From assembly GCA_918797485.1 (NCBI GenBank), contig CAKKNE010000004.1, positions 2,728,001-2,792,000 on the forward strand: a stretch of 64,000 bases of DNA, read 5' to 3'. Positions 31,718 to 41,865 of this stretch are shown one piece after another (the first letter of the stretch is position 1; every line of letters begins with the position of its first letter). The translations under genes and the position numbers were made by a program. Below the pieces are notes generated by a model that saw nothing but the letters and a program-made list of their open reading frames with translations, had not been told where the DNA came from and made no database searches. This DNA comes from Pelagomonas calceolata. Taxonomy: Eukaryota.

Positions 31718-31874
31718 CTTGCGTTTTGCGGTGAGATATTGGGTTTGCGCGGCGTAATAGTTGACTCGGCTTGAAAAACCCGATTTTTTTCAACTCACTA
31801 CCTAGGTAGCTACTTAAGTAGTGCAGCTCGACGCACGCACTCTCAACGCCAATCAAGAGAAATAATACCAACCC

Positions 31875-34262
31875 TTACGCCTTCGCCGCCGCGTCCCGCG
31901 CCTCCTTCGCCCGCCGCCGGAATTCGGCAAGCACGGCCTCGCGCGCCGGCGTGTTGCGCGTCGGCGGCCGCTCGAGGAACGTGCTGCGCGACGGCGGCCG
32001 CGTGCCCGTGACGTCCGCATCCAGGTTTGGGGGCAGCCGCCGCGGCCCCAGCTCCATGCGACCGCCGGCCGTGCGCGGCCTCACGTACGAGTCCCGGCCG
32101 ATGTGCCCCGTCCGATCCAACGCATCCAAACCCGCGCGCGTCGCCGCGAAGTCGGCCCGGCGCTCCGCGCACGTCCCGGGCCGCGCCGGCGCCGTCTGCG
32201 TGAACGACGGCGCGTCGGGCATTCTCAACAATTCCGCCTCCCAGCTCCACCGCGTCGACCGAGGTGCAGGTGCATCTATCTGCGAGGTAGTGTGACTCTT
32301 CTCGGGACCCATGGCATACAGATACCCAAGCACCCGGTTGTGGCAATATAACGAACGGTCGTACTGCGTGTACGCCATATCCACTTGATACCTCGGTTCG
32401 CCCTCTTGTTTCTTCTGGGGCGGCAGCTTCCGTCGGATGACGGTGCGTTTTGTGGATCTCATCTTCCGCCGTAAATGCTCCAACGGCAAATATTCTCGAC
32501 AGTCGGAGTGGGGGAAATAGCACAGGTACGCCATCCCGGCGATGGCCTCCACGGTACACGAGTGCCACGTGAGTGACGACAGACCTTCGAGCTCGTCGCC
32601 GACGGACGGTTCCCACGTATCTTTGCCATAGCCGCTACTCTTCCCCGTCACCGAGCCCTTCACAAAACCCTTCAAATGATCAACAGACGAGGCCGAAGGC
32701 CGCTTGTACTTCTTGAGGTAGACCTTCTTGGACGAGGTCGTGGACATGCTCTCGTCAAACGAAACGGTCCTCGCGGAGTCCATGGACTTGCGGCGTTGCT
32801 TCGCCCGCGCCGTACGCTCTCGTATCTTGTCACCCTTCGCCTTGGCCTTCGCTTCCCTTTGACTAGCCTCCCACTGGGCCAGCTTGTCATTGAGGTCGGT
32901 ACTCCTAATACGGGAGCGTTTCTGCTGGAGGTGGTAGGGGACCTTGCCTTCGACGAATTCTACCTCGTCGTCAGACAGGGGCTCTCCTAATAATTTCTTG
33001 CGACGACGACGCCTCCTACGCTTCACTTCTTCGGGCTCGTCGTCCTCGTGTAAAGTTAGGAGTCTGGCGATGATGCGGTCGCCTTCGAGCAAGCGCGGCT
33101 TCGCCTCTTTTTCATCTGAGAATAGTGGTGGAGGCAACTGCTCCAGCCAATCACTTTCAGCATGGTCCCACCGGAACTGAGGCATCACACTTTCATCCTC
33201 ACCCTGTTGATCGTCCAAGACACACAACCGATCGACCAGCCACTGGAGCATCCTCAGGTATTCCTCGCTATCCAACGCTCTACGGGGCGGCCCGAAGTCC
33301 TCGTCCTGCGGGATCAACGCATCCACGAGCTGAAACATCGACAGCTTGAATCTGTCGCGGTTCATCTCGGCGCGGCCTTGGCTGTCGAACTCCCACTCGC
33401 CTTCCGCCATTTTGAGGGCCTTGGCCTCGGCCTTCTTCCGCTTGCGAGTGGATAGATTCAGCAATTCTTGAGGATGCATGGCCTGATACAAATGATAGTG
33501 CAATGCTAGGTACTCATCTTTATCCACAGCACCGCTTCCGTCGGCATCTACCAGAATCCACAGCGCCTGCAACGCCTCTAAGACGTCGGGGTCGAACCGC
33601 GCCGCCTCCCGCTGCAGCAGTAAGACATCTCTGTGGTCATCGCCTTGCGACCTTCTCCTCGGTTGATTCATCCACGCCGTGTCCGTCGACAACAACCAGT
33701 CATAGTAGACATCTTGCGTGATCTCCTCCGGCCCGACGTTGAACTGCTCGATGCACGTGTCGATCTCCATCTGCGACGAGAGGACGCCAGACAGAGCCAT
33801 GACGCCCTCAAATTCTTCGCGGTCCAGGAAGCCGCTCCCGTCGGCGTCGATGAGCGCCCAGTACTGCGTCACGCCCATGTCCATGTCGCTCATGGCCTTC
33901 CTTAGCGCTTGCCGCAGCATGTTCAATCTGTACTCTTGGCTGTAGTAGGCTCGACACTCACTAAGCATCCGGATGGGTTGCGTAGAACGCTTCCTTCTTG
34001 ATTTTTGTAAATAGAACTCTCCTAGATCGACCTCCTGGACGTGGCGGATGATCTCGCCTCGCAGGAAGCCGGGCAGGTACGGCTTAAGTGGTCGAGGGTG
34101 TTTCCCGGGCCACTTCGCTCGCGCCCACGCCGGCGGGAACTCTTCCAATTCATTATCGAAGGACTTGGATCTATTACGGCGGAACTGGCAGGGGCCCTGG
34201 GGCGTTTTTGTCGATGCTGTCGACGCCGAGGTGTAGGAGCTAAAGCTGCCCCGGTTGCTCAT
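31875..34262 (-). CDS. EF-hand calcium-binding protein
   Basis: DADGSGFLDREE and DADGSGAVDKDE loops; Tudor-like WEPSVGD...WHSCTVE. Confidence 0.82.
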   Translation of the reverse strand: MSNRGSFSSYTSASTASTKTPQGPCQFRRNRSKSFDNELEEFPPAWARAKWPGKHPRPLKPYLPGFLRGEIIRHVQEVDLGEFYLQKSRRKRSTQPIRMLSECRAYYSQEYRLNMLRQALRKAMSDMDMGVTQYWALIDADGSGFLDREEFEGVMALSGVLSSQMEIDTCIEQFNVGPEEITQDVYYDWLLSTDTAWMNQPRRRSQGDDHRDVLLLQREAARFDPDVLEALQALWILVDADGSGAVDKDEYLALHYHLYQAMHPQELLNLSTRKRKKAEAKALKMAEGEWEFDSQGRAEMNRDRFKLSMFQLVDALIPQDEDFGPPRRALDSEEYLRMLQWLVDRLCVLDDQQGEDESVMPQFRWDHAESDWLEQLPPPLFSDEKEAKPRLLEGDRIIARLLTLHEDDEPEEVKRRRRRRRKKLLGEPLSDDEVEFVEGKVPYHLQQKRSRIRSTDLNDKLAQWEASQREAKAKAKGDKIRERTARAKQRRKSMDSARTVSFDESMSTTSSKKVYLKKYKRPSASSVDHLKGFVKGSVTGKSSGYGKDTWEPSVGDELEGLSSLTWHSCTVEAIAGMAYLCYFPHSDCREYLPLEHLRRKMRSTKRTVIRRKLPPQKKQEGEPRYQVDMAYTQYDRSLYCHNRVLGYLYAMGPEKSHTTSQIDAPAPRSTRWSWEAELLRMPDAPSFTQTAPARPGTCAERRADFAATRAGLDALDRTGHIGRDSYVRPRTAGGRMELGPRRLPPNLDADVTGTRPPSRSTFLERPPTRNTPAREAVLAEFRRRAKEARDAAAKA

Positions 34263-34815
34263 GGCTGGTTATTCGTGGGAGGGCTGCCCCGCCGTTGGTG
34301 GCTTGTATGGCCGCTGCCGATGCGCGCGCGCACGCGTTCGACGAGCTGTGCCCCGTGCACGGCGTGCGACAAGCGCAGCGCGTTGAGATGCTCTCATTAT
34401 AGGTGTCGGGTTGCGCGCTGCGATTGGAGGCTTGCCGACGAGTCCGAGAGGTCTCGGGGAATGGCTTGCGCGGAGGATTCGTCGGGGCGCGGCGCTTCGC
34501 TCCCGGGCGCTCGAGCGCACAAGGTGGTCGAGCGAGTCGCGCCGTCACGCGCCGACGACGCTGTTACGGCTGAAAGAGACATCGCAAAGCGTACGTCGTT
34601 ATCTATAACAACGCGCAACGCAGCGATTCGTTTGGACGGAGCGCGCTACAACAAGCTTCACATACCTCTGCTTTGTGGCCACCGCCATTCGCCGCCCGCG
34701 AAGCGCTCGCATTAACGCCAGCAGCAGCGCGAACGTCATAAAAAAGCGCGCGCGAAACACTCGCAATAACGCCAGAGCGTCACGCGCGCGAAAGCCGCGC
34801 CGACGCAAATAAGCC

Positions 34816-35340
34816 ATGGGCGACTTCAGCGGCCGCGAGCCGTGCCCCTACCGCATTTTGGATGACATCGGCGGCGCGTACGCGATGGGCTGCGTCGGCG
34901 GGTCGATCTGGCACTTTGTCAAGGGCTGGCGCAACGCCCCGAAGGGCTCGGCGACGTCGGGCGCCTTCGAGCAGGTAAGAGTAAGGGCGCCGGTGGTCGG
35001 CGGCAATTTTGCTGTGTGGGGCGGCCTGTTCGCGTGCTTCGACTGTTCCCTGGTGGCGGTGAGGCACAAGGAGGACCCCTGGAATTCTATTCTCGCGGGC
35101 GCGGCGACGGGCGGCGTCCTGGCCGCGCGCGCGGGCCCGAAGGCGGCGGGCAAGAACGCGCTAGTTGGTGGCGTGCTGCTGGCGCTGATCGAGGGCCTCG
35201 GCATCCTCATTACCAAAATGATGGCGCCGCCGATGGCCTCGAAGGACGACCTGAAACACGGCGGTGCGGACCCGACGCTGCCGCCGACGCAGCCCGGCCT
35301 CGCGCCGCCGGTCGCGTTCCCGACGGGGGCGGCGTATTAA
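34816..35340 (+). CDS. TIM17: Mitochondrial inner membrane translocase subunit Tim17
   Basis: [19 protein letters not shown]...[11 protein letters not shown]...KEDPWNSI. Confidence 0.96.
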   Translation: MGDFSGREPCPYRILDDIGGAYAMGCVGGSIWHFVKGWRNAPKGSATSGAFEQVRVRAPVVGGNFAVWGGLFACFDCSLVAVRHKEDPWNSILAGAATGGVLAARAGPKAAGKNALVGGVLLALIEGLGILITKMMAPPMASKDDLKHGGADPTLPPTQPGLAPPVAFPTGAAY

Positions 35341-35951
35341 TAGTTCTCTGTATTTACTCCTCCTCCGCCGTGGGCCCGTTCAGCCAGAAGAGCTCCTGCA
35401 CGAAGGCGAGGATGCGCTTCAAGCGCACGTGATGGCAAAAATCGTTGTGGTCGCTGACGGTCTTGAAGTCGACGCGGAGCAGATCGCATTCGCCGTAGTC
35501 GGAGGGATTGCGGCTCCGGACCTCATCGTTCCAGGGATGGAAATCGATGTCGGCCCAGCACGTCGGGTGATTGACAGTGTCGGCGGCGAGTCGGCGACCG
35601 TCGCGTCCTCGGTCGGCGTCTCGGGCCGTCTCTTGCACGGCGAGGTCTGCGGCTTGCCGCTGCCAGAGGTCTCGTCCTGTCTGCCGCCTCTGGTTGTAAA
35701 ATTGGTCTCAGAGCCTTCCTGCGTCCGCTTTTTGTCGTCGTCTGCCATCCGAGATTATTATCTCTCTGTCGCTGGTGATTTAGCTGACGAATCGCTACGT
35801 TACTATAGCTGAGATATTAGCAATCTAGTCGGGCCGCCGGTAATAAATAGAACGGCCTCGCGTCGCGGCTATTTTAGCCAAAAACCTGATTTGATTTAGG
35901 GTACCATACCATACCATATTACTTGTACTTAGTAGTACAAGAAAACCAATT

Positions 35952-37532
35952 TTACTTCGGTCCCTTCCGGGCCGGCGGCCGCCCCCGCCTGCCAAAGGAC
36001 CGGACCGCGTTGCCCGCGGCCCGAAGCCGCGACGTCCGCCGCGGCGGCGGCGGCTCGACGGAGGCGTCGCGCGAGCCGGGCCGCGAGCGCTCCGCGGACG
36101 ACTCGCGCGACGAGTTCTCCCGGGACGACGGTCGCTGCCACGCACCGCGCTTGGGCCGCGTCTTGCGCTCGCGCGAGCCGCTCCGCATGAAGCCCCGCGC
36201 CGCTGACAGCATGCCGCCGAAGGTTTTGGTGGCCTTGGCCTTCCGCTCCTCGGGCGTCGAAGCGGGCATCGCGGCGATGGCCTCGGCCGGCGTCGCCGCG
36301 CCCGGCGGCCGCGAGGGCGGCGGCGGCGGCGTTTGAGGCCGCTTCTCCTCCTCGACGCCGACGACGTCTGGCAACTGCTCCTCCTTCGGCTCCCGGCCGA
36401 GTTTCAGATCCGCTCTTCTACCTGCTAAATATTTTTGGTGCTCCCGTCCCAGTTCTAAATGCCGGGCGCGCTCGATGCACTCCTGGGGCGACGAGGGAGG
36501 CCCGGCGTCCAGGAGCGAGTCGAGCATCAGTAAAGCATACAACAAATCCTGCACCGCGGCGCCGGCCCTTTCTAATTGTAGAGACGAGGCGGGCCCCGCC
36601 GAGCGGGGCTTGTCGTCGGGGTCCTCCTCGTACCTAGCCTTGTAGAAGCGCACGTTCCTGTCGCGGACGTACGTGCCCCGATGTAAGAGCGCCGACCGCC
36701 CGATGAGCGTCATCGCGACGTCGACGGACGAGGGCGGCGCCGGCGCCGGCGCGGCCGCCGATTCTTTGAGCTCGGACCAGCGCTCCGCCGTGCCCCGAGA
36801 AGGGGGCCGCGACTCGTCTACAACAGATTTGGGCGGCGAGAAGGGCCGCTTCGTGGGCACCGGCGCCTCCTTCACGGGCTTAAAAGCTTTCTCTGGTGGC
36901 TTCCCCGGCGGCGCGCCGTCGCCGATAATGGCTTCTAGTAAAACTTCGTCGAGTTTCAACCCCAGCTTCTGGGCGACGCGCACGGCCTCGAACAGCGTAT
37001 CTTCGACGTTCGTCCTAGCAACGCTCAAGACGACATACAAGTCTCCCCCCAAGTCGCCGGCACATAACGTACACGTCTGACTCACTTGTTCTTCACACGT
37101 CCGGGCACAGGCCCGAGTCAACAAGCAGGCGTCGCCCGGCACCAAGTGCAAATCCGTGCCCTCATTTAAGGTAACACGATCCGCGATGGTCCTTAACGTC
37201 TCGTTCGCGTGCGCGACGGCGCCGACCAAGCGAGACCCTTCCCTTCTTTGATACTCGGGCACGTCTCTCACCAATGAATTGACCTTGGGCCGCGGGTCGT
37301 CCGGCCGCCGCCACGTGCTCCTCACTCGAATCACGCGGAACGTCCCCTTCTTTTTGTTCCCGAAGTCGCCCCTACGCATCCAGTGCCAGTGGTCCGCGCC
37401 CGCTCTCAGCAATCGATTCCGCATCTGGCTCCGCGTCCGCGGCGCGATCTCCAGTTCTGCCAGTCTGGCCAGTTCGAGCTGCTCCTCGGAGCGGATCTCC
37501 GGGCCCATGAGCTTCTCGAGGTGGAGACTCAT
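35952..37532 (-). CDS. Hypothetical protein
   Basis: 526-aa ATG-initiated ORF with coding-like composition; no recognised domain. Confidence 0.6.
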   Translation of the reverse strand: MSLHLEKLMGPEIRSEEQLELARLAELEIAPRTRSQMRNRLLRAGADHWHWMRRGDFGNKKKGTFRVIRVRSTWRRPDDPRPKVNSLVRDVPEYQRREGSRLVGAVAHANETLRTIADRVTLNEGTDLHLVPGDACLLTRACARTCEEQVSQTCTLCAGDLGGDLYVVLSVARTNVEDTLFEAVRVAQKLGLKLDEVLLEAIIGDGAPPGKPPEKAFKPVKEAPVPTKRPFSPPKSVVDESRPPSRGTAERWSELKESAAAPAPAPPSSVDVAMTLIGRSALLHRGTYVRDRNVRFYKARYEEDPDDKPRSAGPASSLQLERAGAAVQDLLYALLMLDSLLDAGPPSSPQECIERARHLELGREHQKYLAGRRADLKLGREPKEEQLPDVVGVEEEKRPQTPPPPPSRPPGAATPAEAIAAMPASTPEERKAKATKTFGGMLSAARGFMRSGSRERKTRPKRGAWQRPSSRENSSRESSAERSRPGSRDASVEPPPPRRTSRLRAAGNAVRSFGRRGRPPARKGPK

Positions 37533-37740
37533 CTTAGCGCTGTGTGCTTTCCAACAACAATACGTACGAGCGCCGGCGGCGGGCAGCCTACACGTGGGCG
37601 CGGCGACTGCGTGGGCTTGAGATATACCTTCCCAGCGCTCCTACGCGGCGGCTGCGTACGCGAGGCAGCCCCCAACAGCAGCGCCGAGCTTGACAAATAC
37701 GGCTAGAGTGTCTCACGCTATACAAAACATCCTTAACTTG

Positions 37741-37800
37741 GGCATTAAGCCTCAAGAGCACGTCGACCGCCGCCGCGTCGCACGTCGGGGCGTGTCAGGA
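37741..37800 (-). repeat. Diverged copy of the 3' end of the adjacent gene (37822..37880)
   Basis: Both copies encode DVLLRLNA, with synonymous differences. Confidence 0.65.
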
Positions 37801-37815
37801 AAAGAAAAATACAAA

Positions 37816-38922
37816 CTACACGGCGTTAAGCCTCAGGAGCACGTCGGACGCCGTCACGTCGCGCCCCGAAACGTCGGCCCTCGTCGGCGCGTGCGCGCGC
37901 ACGTAGTCCTTGAGGACCTGGTAGTGCTCCTGCGCGAAGGCCGGGTGCTCCATACCAGGACACGCGCCCCTTTGCGCCTCCTTTCCCACGCATCGGCCGT
38001 GGTGGTAGGTCACGGGTAGGTACGTGCCGGCTCGGACGTATTTCCCGATCATCGGTAAATCCAGAATACCGTGGCCGATAATCCTCACAATAGGATTGTA
38101 TGGTTGCAATACCTTGCCGACGCGCGTCTCGGCCACCCTCTGGAACGACGCGTGGCCGTCCTCCGTCTTCATCGGCTCCTTCGCCGCGTAGGCGTCCATG
38201 GCACTTTTATTGGCGACCACGAAGTCGTCGATATAACCACCAAACATCGTCTCGCACGGGAGGAACGCGCCCGACCGCGCCACCGCCATCTCGCGAACCA
38301 CTCCATTCAAATCTAAGTCCTGGAGCAGCAGCACGTCCGGCCGCGTCCGCAAAATGAACTCCACCGATTGATAAGCGGGAGACCTTTTCAGGGCCGCGTG
38401 GCACCGCCCGACGCTCTCCCACTGGTGCGCGAAGCCCTTGTACTTGCGCTGGCAGTGGCTGTCGCATTTCGTGTTCGTCTTGTTGCGTTGGACCATGCCG
38501 CCCACACATAACTCGCCCTTCACGACACCACCGGACTTCCGCGCCGTCGAGCTCTTCGCGAGGCGCTTGCTACAAATATCCTGGGACAGCGGGAAGAAGT
38601 CCGCATCACATCTATCTCTATCGTGAATGTCGTAGTAGGCGCACGTCGCATATTTATCCTCCGCGAAGATATGGACGTGGTCCCAATCCTTGACGACGTC
38701 CAGCGCGGCCGCGCCGACTTTCGCTTGCGTGCGGCCGTCGTAGGGCGACTCGATGCCCAGCCACCAGTTGCTTCTTCCTCCGTTCCGCTCGATCAGATTA
38801 CAAGATAATGCTGGCCAGGTCACGAGGAACGTCCGCAGGCCGCCGGAGAGCTCGAGCGCGTAGCGCGGTTTTCCTGATGCGGTCGCGTCGTTGCTGCGGC
38901 AGGCGCAGCGCGGGTTCGGCAT
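37816..38922 (-). CDS. Putative glycosyltransferase-like protein
   Basis: ALELSGGLRTF...FILRTRPDV...DDFVV pattern typical of algal/viral GT-A-like proteins. Confidence 0.55.
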   Translation of the reverse strand: MPNPRCACRSNDATASGKPRYALELSGGLRTFLVTWPALSCNLIERNGGRSNWWLGIESPYDGRTQAKVGAAALDVVKDWDHVHIFAEDKYATCAYYDIHDRDRCDADFFPLSQDICSKRLAKSSTARKSGGVVKGELCVGGMVQRNKTNTKCDSHCQRKYKGFAHQWESVGRCHAALKRSPAYQSVEFILRTRPDVLLLQDLDLNGVVREMAVARSGAFLPCETMFGGYIDDFVVANKSAMDAYAAKEPMKTEDGHASFQRVAETRVGKVLQPYNPIVRIIGHGILDLPMIGKYVRAGTYLPVTYHHGRCVGKEAQRGACPGMEHPAFAQEHYQVLKDYVRAHAPTRADVSGRDVTASDVLLRLNAV

Positions 38923-39344
38923 CGTGGCGCGTCAACCGCAGAGAGCGCGGACGCCGTCGCGCACCGCACGCGGGACTCACGAGATCCTCACTCTACTGGA
39001 TGTCACGCCGACGGCGTGGGCGCAGCGATGCCCTATCCGTGCGTAGCGGTGGTTTATGTGATCGACGAGTCAAAGGGCAGCCATTTTGGGCTCGGCTAAG
39101 CCAAAAGCCGTCCCACGGGGTGCCGATTTTGGTCTAAACCCGACGCAAAGTTTCAGCTTCCCGGCGCATTTTGCCGGGCGTACGCGTCGCGATACGCGGC
39201 GCAGCGCTGCCCCGGCATGCCTTCGTGAACCTTAAAATGCGTGGCGCCCATCAAAGGCTGCCCACGTAGCCGCGCCAGCCCTGCATCTCCGCGGCCGCGG
39301 CCCGCCAGCCGGCGCCGCCGCAGCGCTGCACGCGGATCAGCACC

Positions 39345-41849
39345 ATGCGTGATGTAGCCATCGGCGCCCTGCTGGGGGCAGTATTAGCGGTATTCGTGCA
39401 CCTCGCGGCCATCCACTCGCGGACGCACCACGACGCGCACCACGCGACGTCGGCGATCCATCAAGCGTTGAAGCGCGCCGCGCCGCGGCGCCGTTTTCTG
39501 CCCTTCTTTGAAGGCTGCGCTCCCTCACAAACGTGCGCGCGGAACCTCGTCGAGCGGCCGCGGAGTCGGCTCGAGGGCGCGCCGGGCGACGCGTCCGTGC
39601 CACCACCCAGTGATTGGGCCTCGCATTTCGCGGGGAACGAGCTGGCGGGCGCCGTCGCCTCCGCGAAGTGCGCGCCGGGCGCGGCCGTCAACGCCGGGCA
39701 TGCTCATATGTCGAGGGGCGCGTGCGCCTACGAGTGGCTCCACGACGCCTTCGGGCGGCGGCGTATTGATGCGGAGGAGGCTTGTGATATTATATCAGAA
39801 TCATCGGCAGCGTTCGCTTCCACCTTGATAAGGGAGACGGTATCAAACTTGCGCTCTTCCGTCACTGCCCACGTCTACTGGACCGTCCTCGACGATTCTC
39901 GAACGGACGCGGCCGCGAATATGATGAAAGCGTTCGAGACCATCGCGCGGCCCTCGTCTCCAACGCCGTCGGTTCTGGTCGTGGCGTCCGTCGGTTCGAA
40001 AGCGGCGTGCGCGGCTCGGAAAGCGGGCGCGAGAACGGCCGCCTGGCGGCCGCCACCTTCACATAAAGGAGCGATCTTCATGGACCAGGCCCTCGCCACG
40101 GGCGGGTTGGACGGACCCGATATTCATGGAAAGAAACGCACCTTCCTGGGCGTGCGCGGCACGGGCGGCGTCGCGCCCGAGCTGTGGCGCGACGGCCGCG
40201 AGATGCTGCGCTACGAGCGGGCTAGGCGCTATCATGTGACGAACGACACGCGCTTGAACTACGGCGCCCGCAGCGCGAAAGCAGCGGCGCTGCGCCACGC
40301 TTTATCATGGCGCGTCGTGGCCATATTTTCTTCCACGGACCACCCGAAGCTTCTCAATGCAATATACCTCAAGACCGACGCCGACGCGTTCTTCGCGGGC
40401 GCGCCTCCCTCATCACTATTGACGAACTTGCGCCCCGGCCTCACGTGCGCCGCGCGGTTTGGAATTGACCCGCGGCCGGAGCACCAGAGGTTTGTCAGAG
40501 CGTCGCGCATCGGCGGCGCGCCGACGGCCGCGGTCCTGGCTTTTAGGAGAGATGCCATGGCCGCGCGGGCCGCGCGCGTCTTCCTGCACGCTTCGAACGC
40601 TTTGCTCGAGGCGGTCGACGCTTCGGTAAATGAAGCGGCGGTCCACGCCGCGGCCCACGGCGACGTTCTGGTGGGCTGCGCCGTCGCGGCCTCAACAGGC
40701 AACGACTGGGAGGCCTGGGGCTGTTCCGGTGATATTGGTGAAGAAGCCAAACAAGCTCTGAGAAGGGCGAACCTGGACGGGGACGGGCCCTTGCAGATCC
40801 AGCTCTGGGATTCGGAACAGGTCGTCTCGCACGAACATCCAAGTATATTATCGGGGGCGACGGTTGCCATACACGTCAGAGCTGGCGACGACGACCTCAC
40901 CGCTTCCAGGGATATACGAGCGGGGTCGCGGGGCGGCGGCCTCGCGACGACGCCCTACGCGTCGGTTTTGCGAGTCGCGAAGGAACTGGGCGTCTATCCC
41001 GGCGCTATTGATGAGTTTGGCAATAGGGACTACTTCAGGGTTGACACTACAAAACATAGGAAGTACGTGGCCGTCGAAGACACACTCATAGCGACGATGC
41101 CGCCGAACTTTCATAATGGAGAGCGTTTGGGAACGGCCTGTCTGTCCTTGCTCGCGATCGCCTACTTCACGGGCCGCGTCGCGGTCCTGCCGGCGGCGCT
41201 GCATTTTGAGAAGTATTACTACCTCTGGGAGTTCATCGACGTCGAACAATCAGTACTGAAAGTCCACTTCCGGGAGTCGCACTTCCTGTCGAAGGCGAGG
41301 AGCCACGCGCGGCGCAGTGTAAATGCAGCGCGGGTGCAGGTCCGCGAGGACGGCACCGTGAGCGTGTCCCGCGTCTTGGATGATGACGCGGACGATGCGA
41401 ACGCGCGGGTCTACGCGAGGCCCGATCCGCTGGACCCGATGGCGCTCGCGGTCGCCGCGGCGACGCGCGACGACGTTGCCAAGGACGCGGACGTGCTCTA
41501 TCTCAACGTGGATGAAATCCCGACGCACAACGCGCTCGCGACGCCGCACCGCGCCTGCACCTTCCGGCCGCCGTGGAGAGCGAACGGGAAGGGCTGCGCA
41601 TCCAGTGGGAAAGGAGCCCCGCCATGGCTTGGCTTGCTCTACGACCACTACGGCCATTGCACCTTCGAAGCGCACGCGCTGCGGGGCTTGGGCCTCGTGA
41701 CGGCGTCGGACGACTGCCACGCAAAAAGAATCGAAGACGCACGACGTATGCGCTTGTTCGACATCGACCCGGGCAACCGGTCCCTCGTCGTCGAGAAGCC
41801 GCGCGGCGGCGAGGCGGGGAAGACGTTCAAGGGGCCGGCAAAGCGCTAG
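39345..41849 (+). CDS. Type II membrane glycosyltransferase-like protein
   Basis: N-terminal TM; DxD motif YLKTDADAFF; LAIAYFTGRVAVLP motif. Confidence 0.6.
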   Translation: MRDVAIGALLGAVLAVFVHLAAIHSRTHHDAHHATSAIHQALKRAAPRRRFLPFFEGCAPSQTCARNLVERPRSRLEGAPGDASVPPPSDWASHFAGNELAGAVASAKCAPGAAVNAGHAHMSRGACAYEWLHDAFGRRRIDAEEACDIISESSAAFASTLIRETVSNLRSSVTAHVYWTVLDDSRTDAAANMMKAFETIARPSSPTPSVLVVASVGSKAACAARKAGARTAAWRPPPSHKGAIFMDQALATGGLDGPDIHGKKRTFLGVRGTGGVAPELWRDGREMLRYERARRYHVTNDTRLNYGARSAKAAALRHALSWRVVAIFSSTDHPKLLNAIYLKTDADAFFAGAPPSSLLTNLRPGLTCAARFGIDPRPEHQRFVRASRIGGAPTAAVLAFRRDAMAARAARVFLHASNALLEAVDASVNEAAVHAAAHGDVLVGCAVAASTGNDWEAWGCSGDIGEEAKQALRRANLDGDGPLQIQLWDSEQVVSHEHPSILSGATVAIHVRAGDDDLTASRDIRAGSRGGGLATTPYASVLRVAKELGVYPGAIDEFGNRDYFRVDTTKHRKYVAVEDTLIATMPPNFHNGERLGTACLSLLAIAYFTGRVAVLPAALHFEKYYYLWEFIDVEQSVLKVHFRESHFLSKARSHARRSVNAARVQVREDGTVSVSRVLDDDADDANARVYARPDPLDPMALAVAAATRDDVAKDADVLYLNVDEIPTHNALATPHRACTFRPPWRANGKGCASSGKGAPPWLGLLYDHYGHCTFEAHALRGLGLVTASDDCHAKRIEDARRMRLFDIDPGNRSLVVEKPRGGEAGKTFKGPAKR

Positions 41850-41865
41850 TAACTAAGAACAAAGT

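Noticed and set aside
35354..35748. Two overlapping short minus-strand ORFs (possible frameshifted gene)
   Set aside because: No recognisable domain and no convincing intron to join them.
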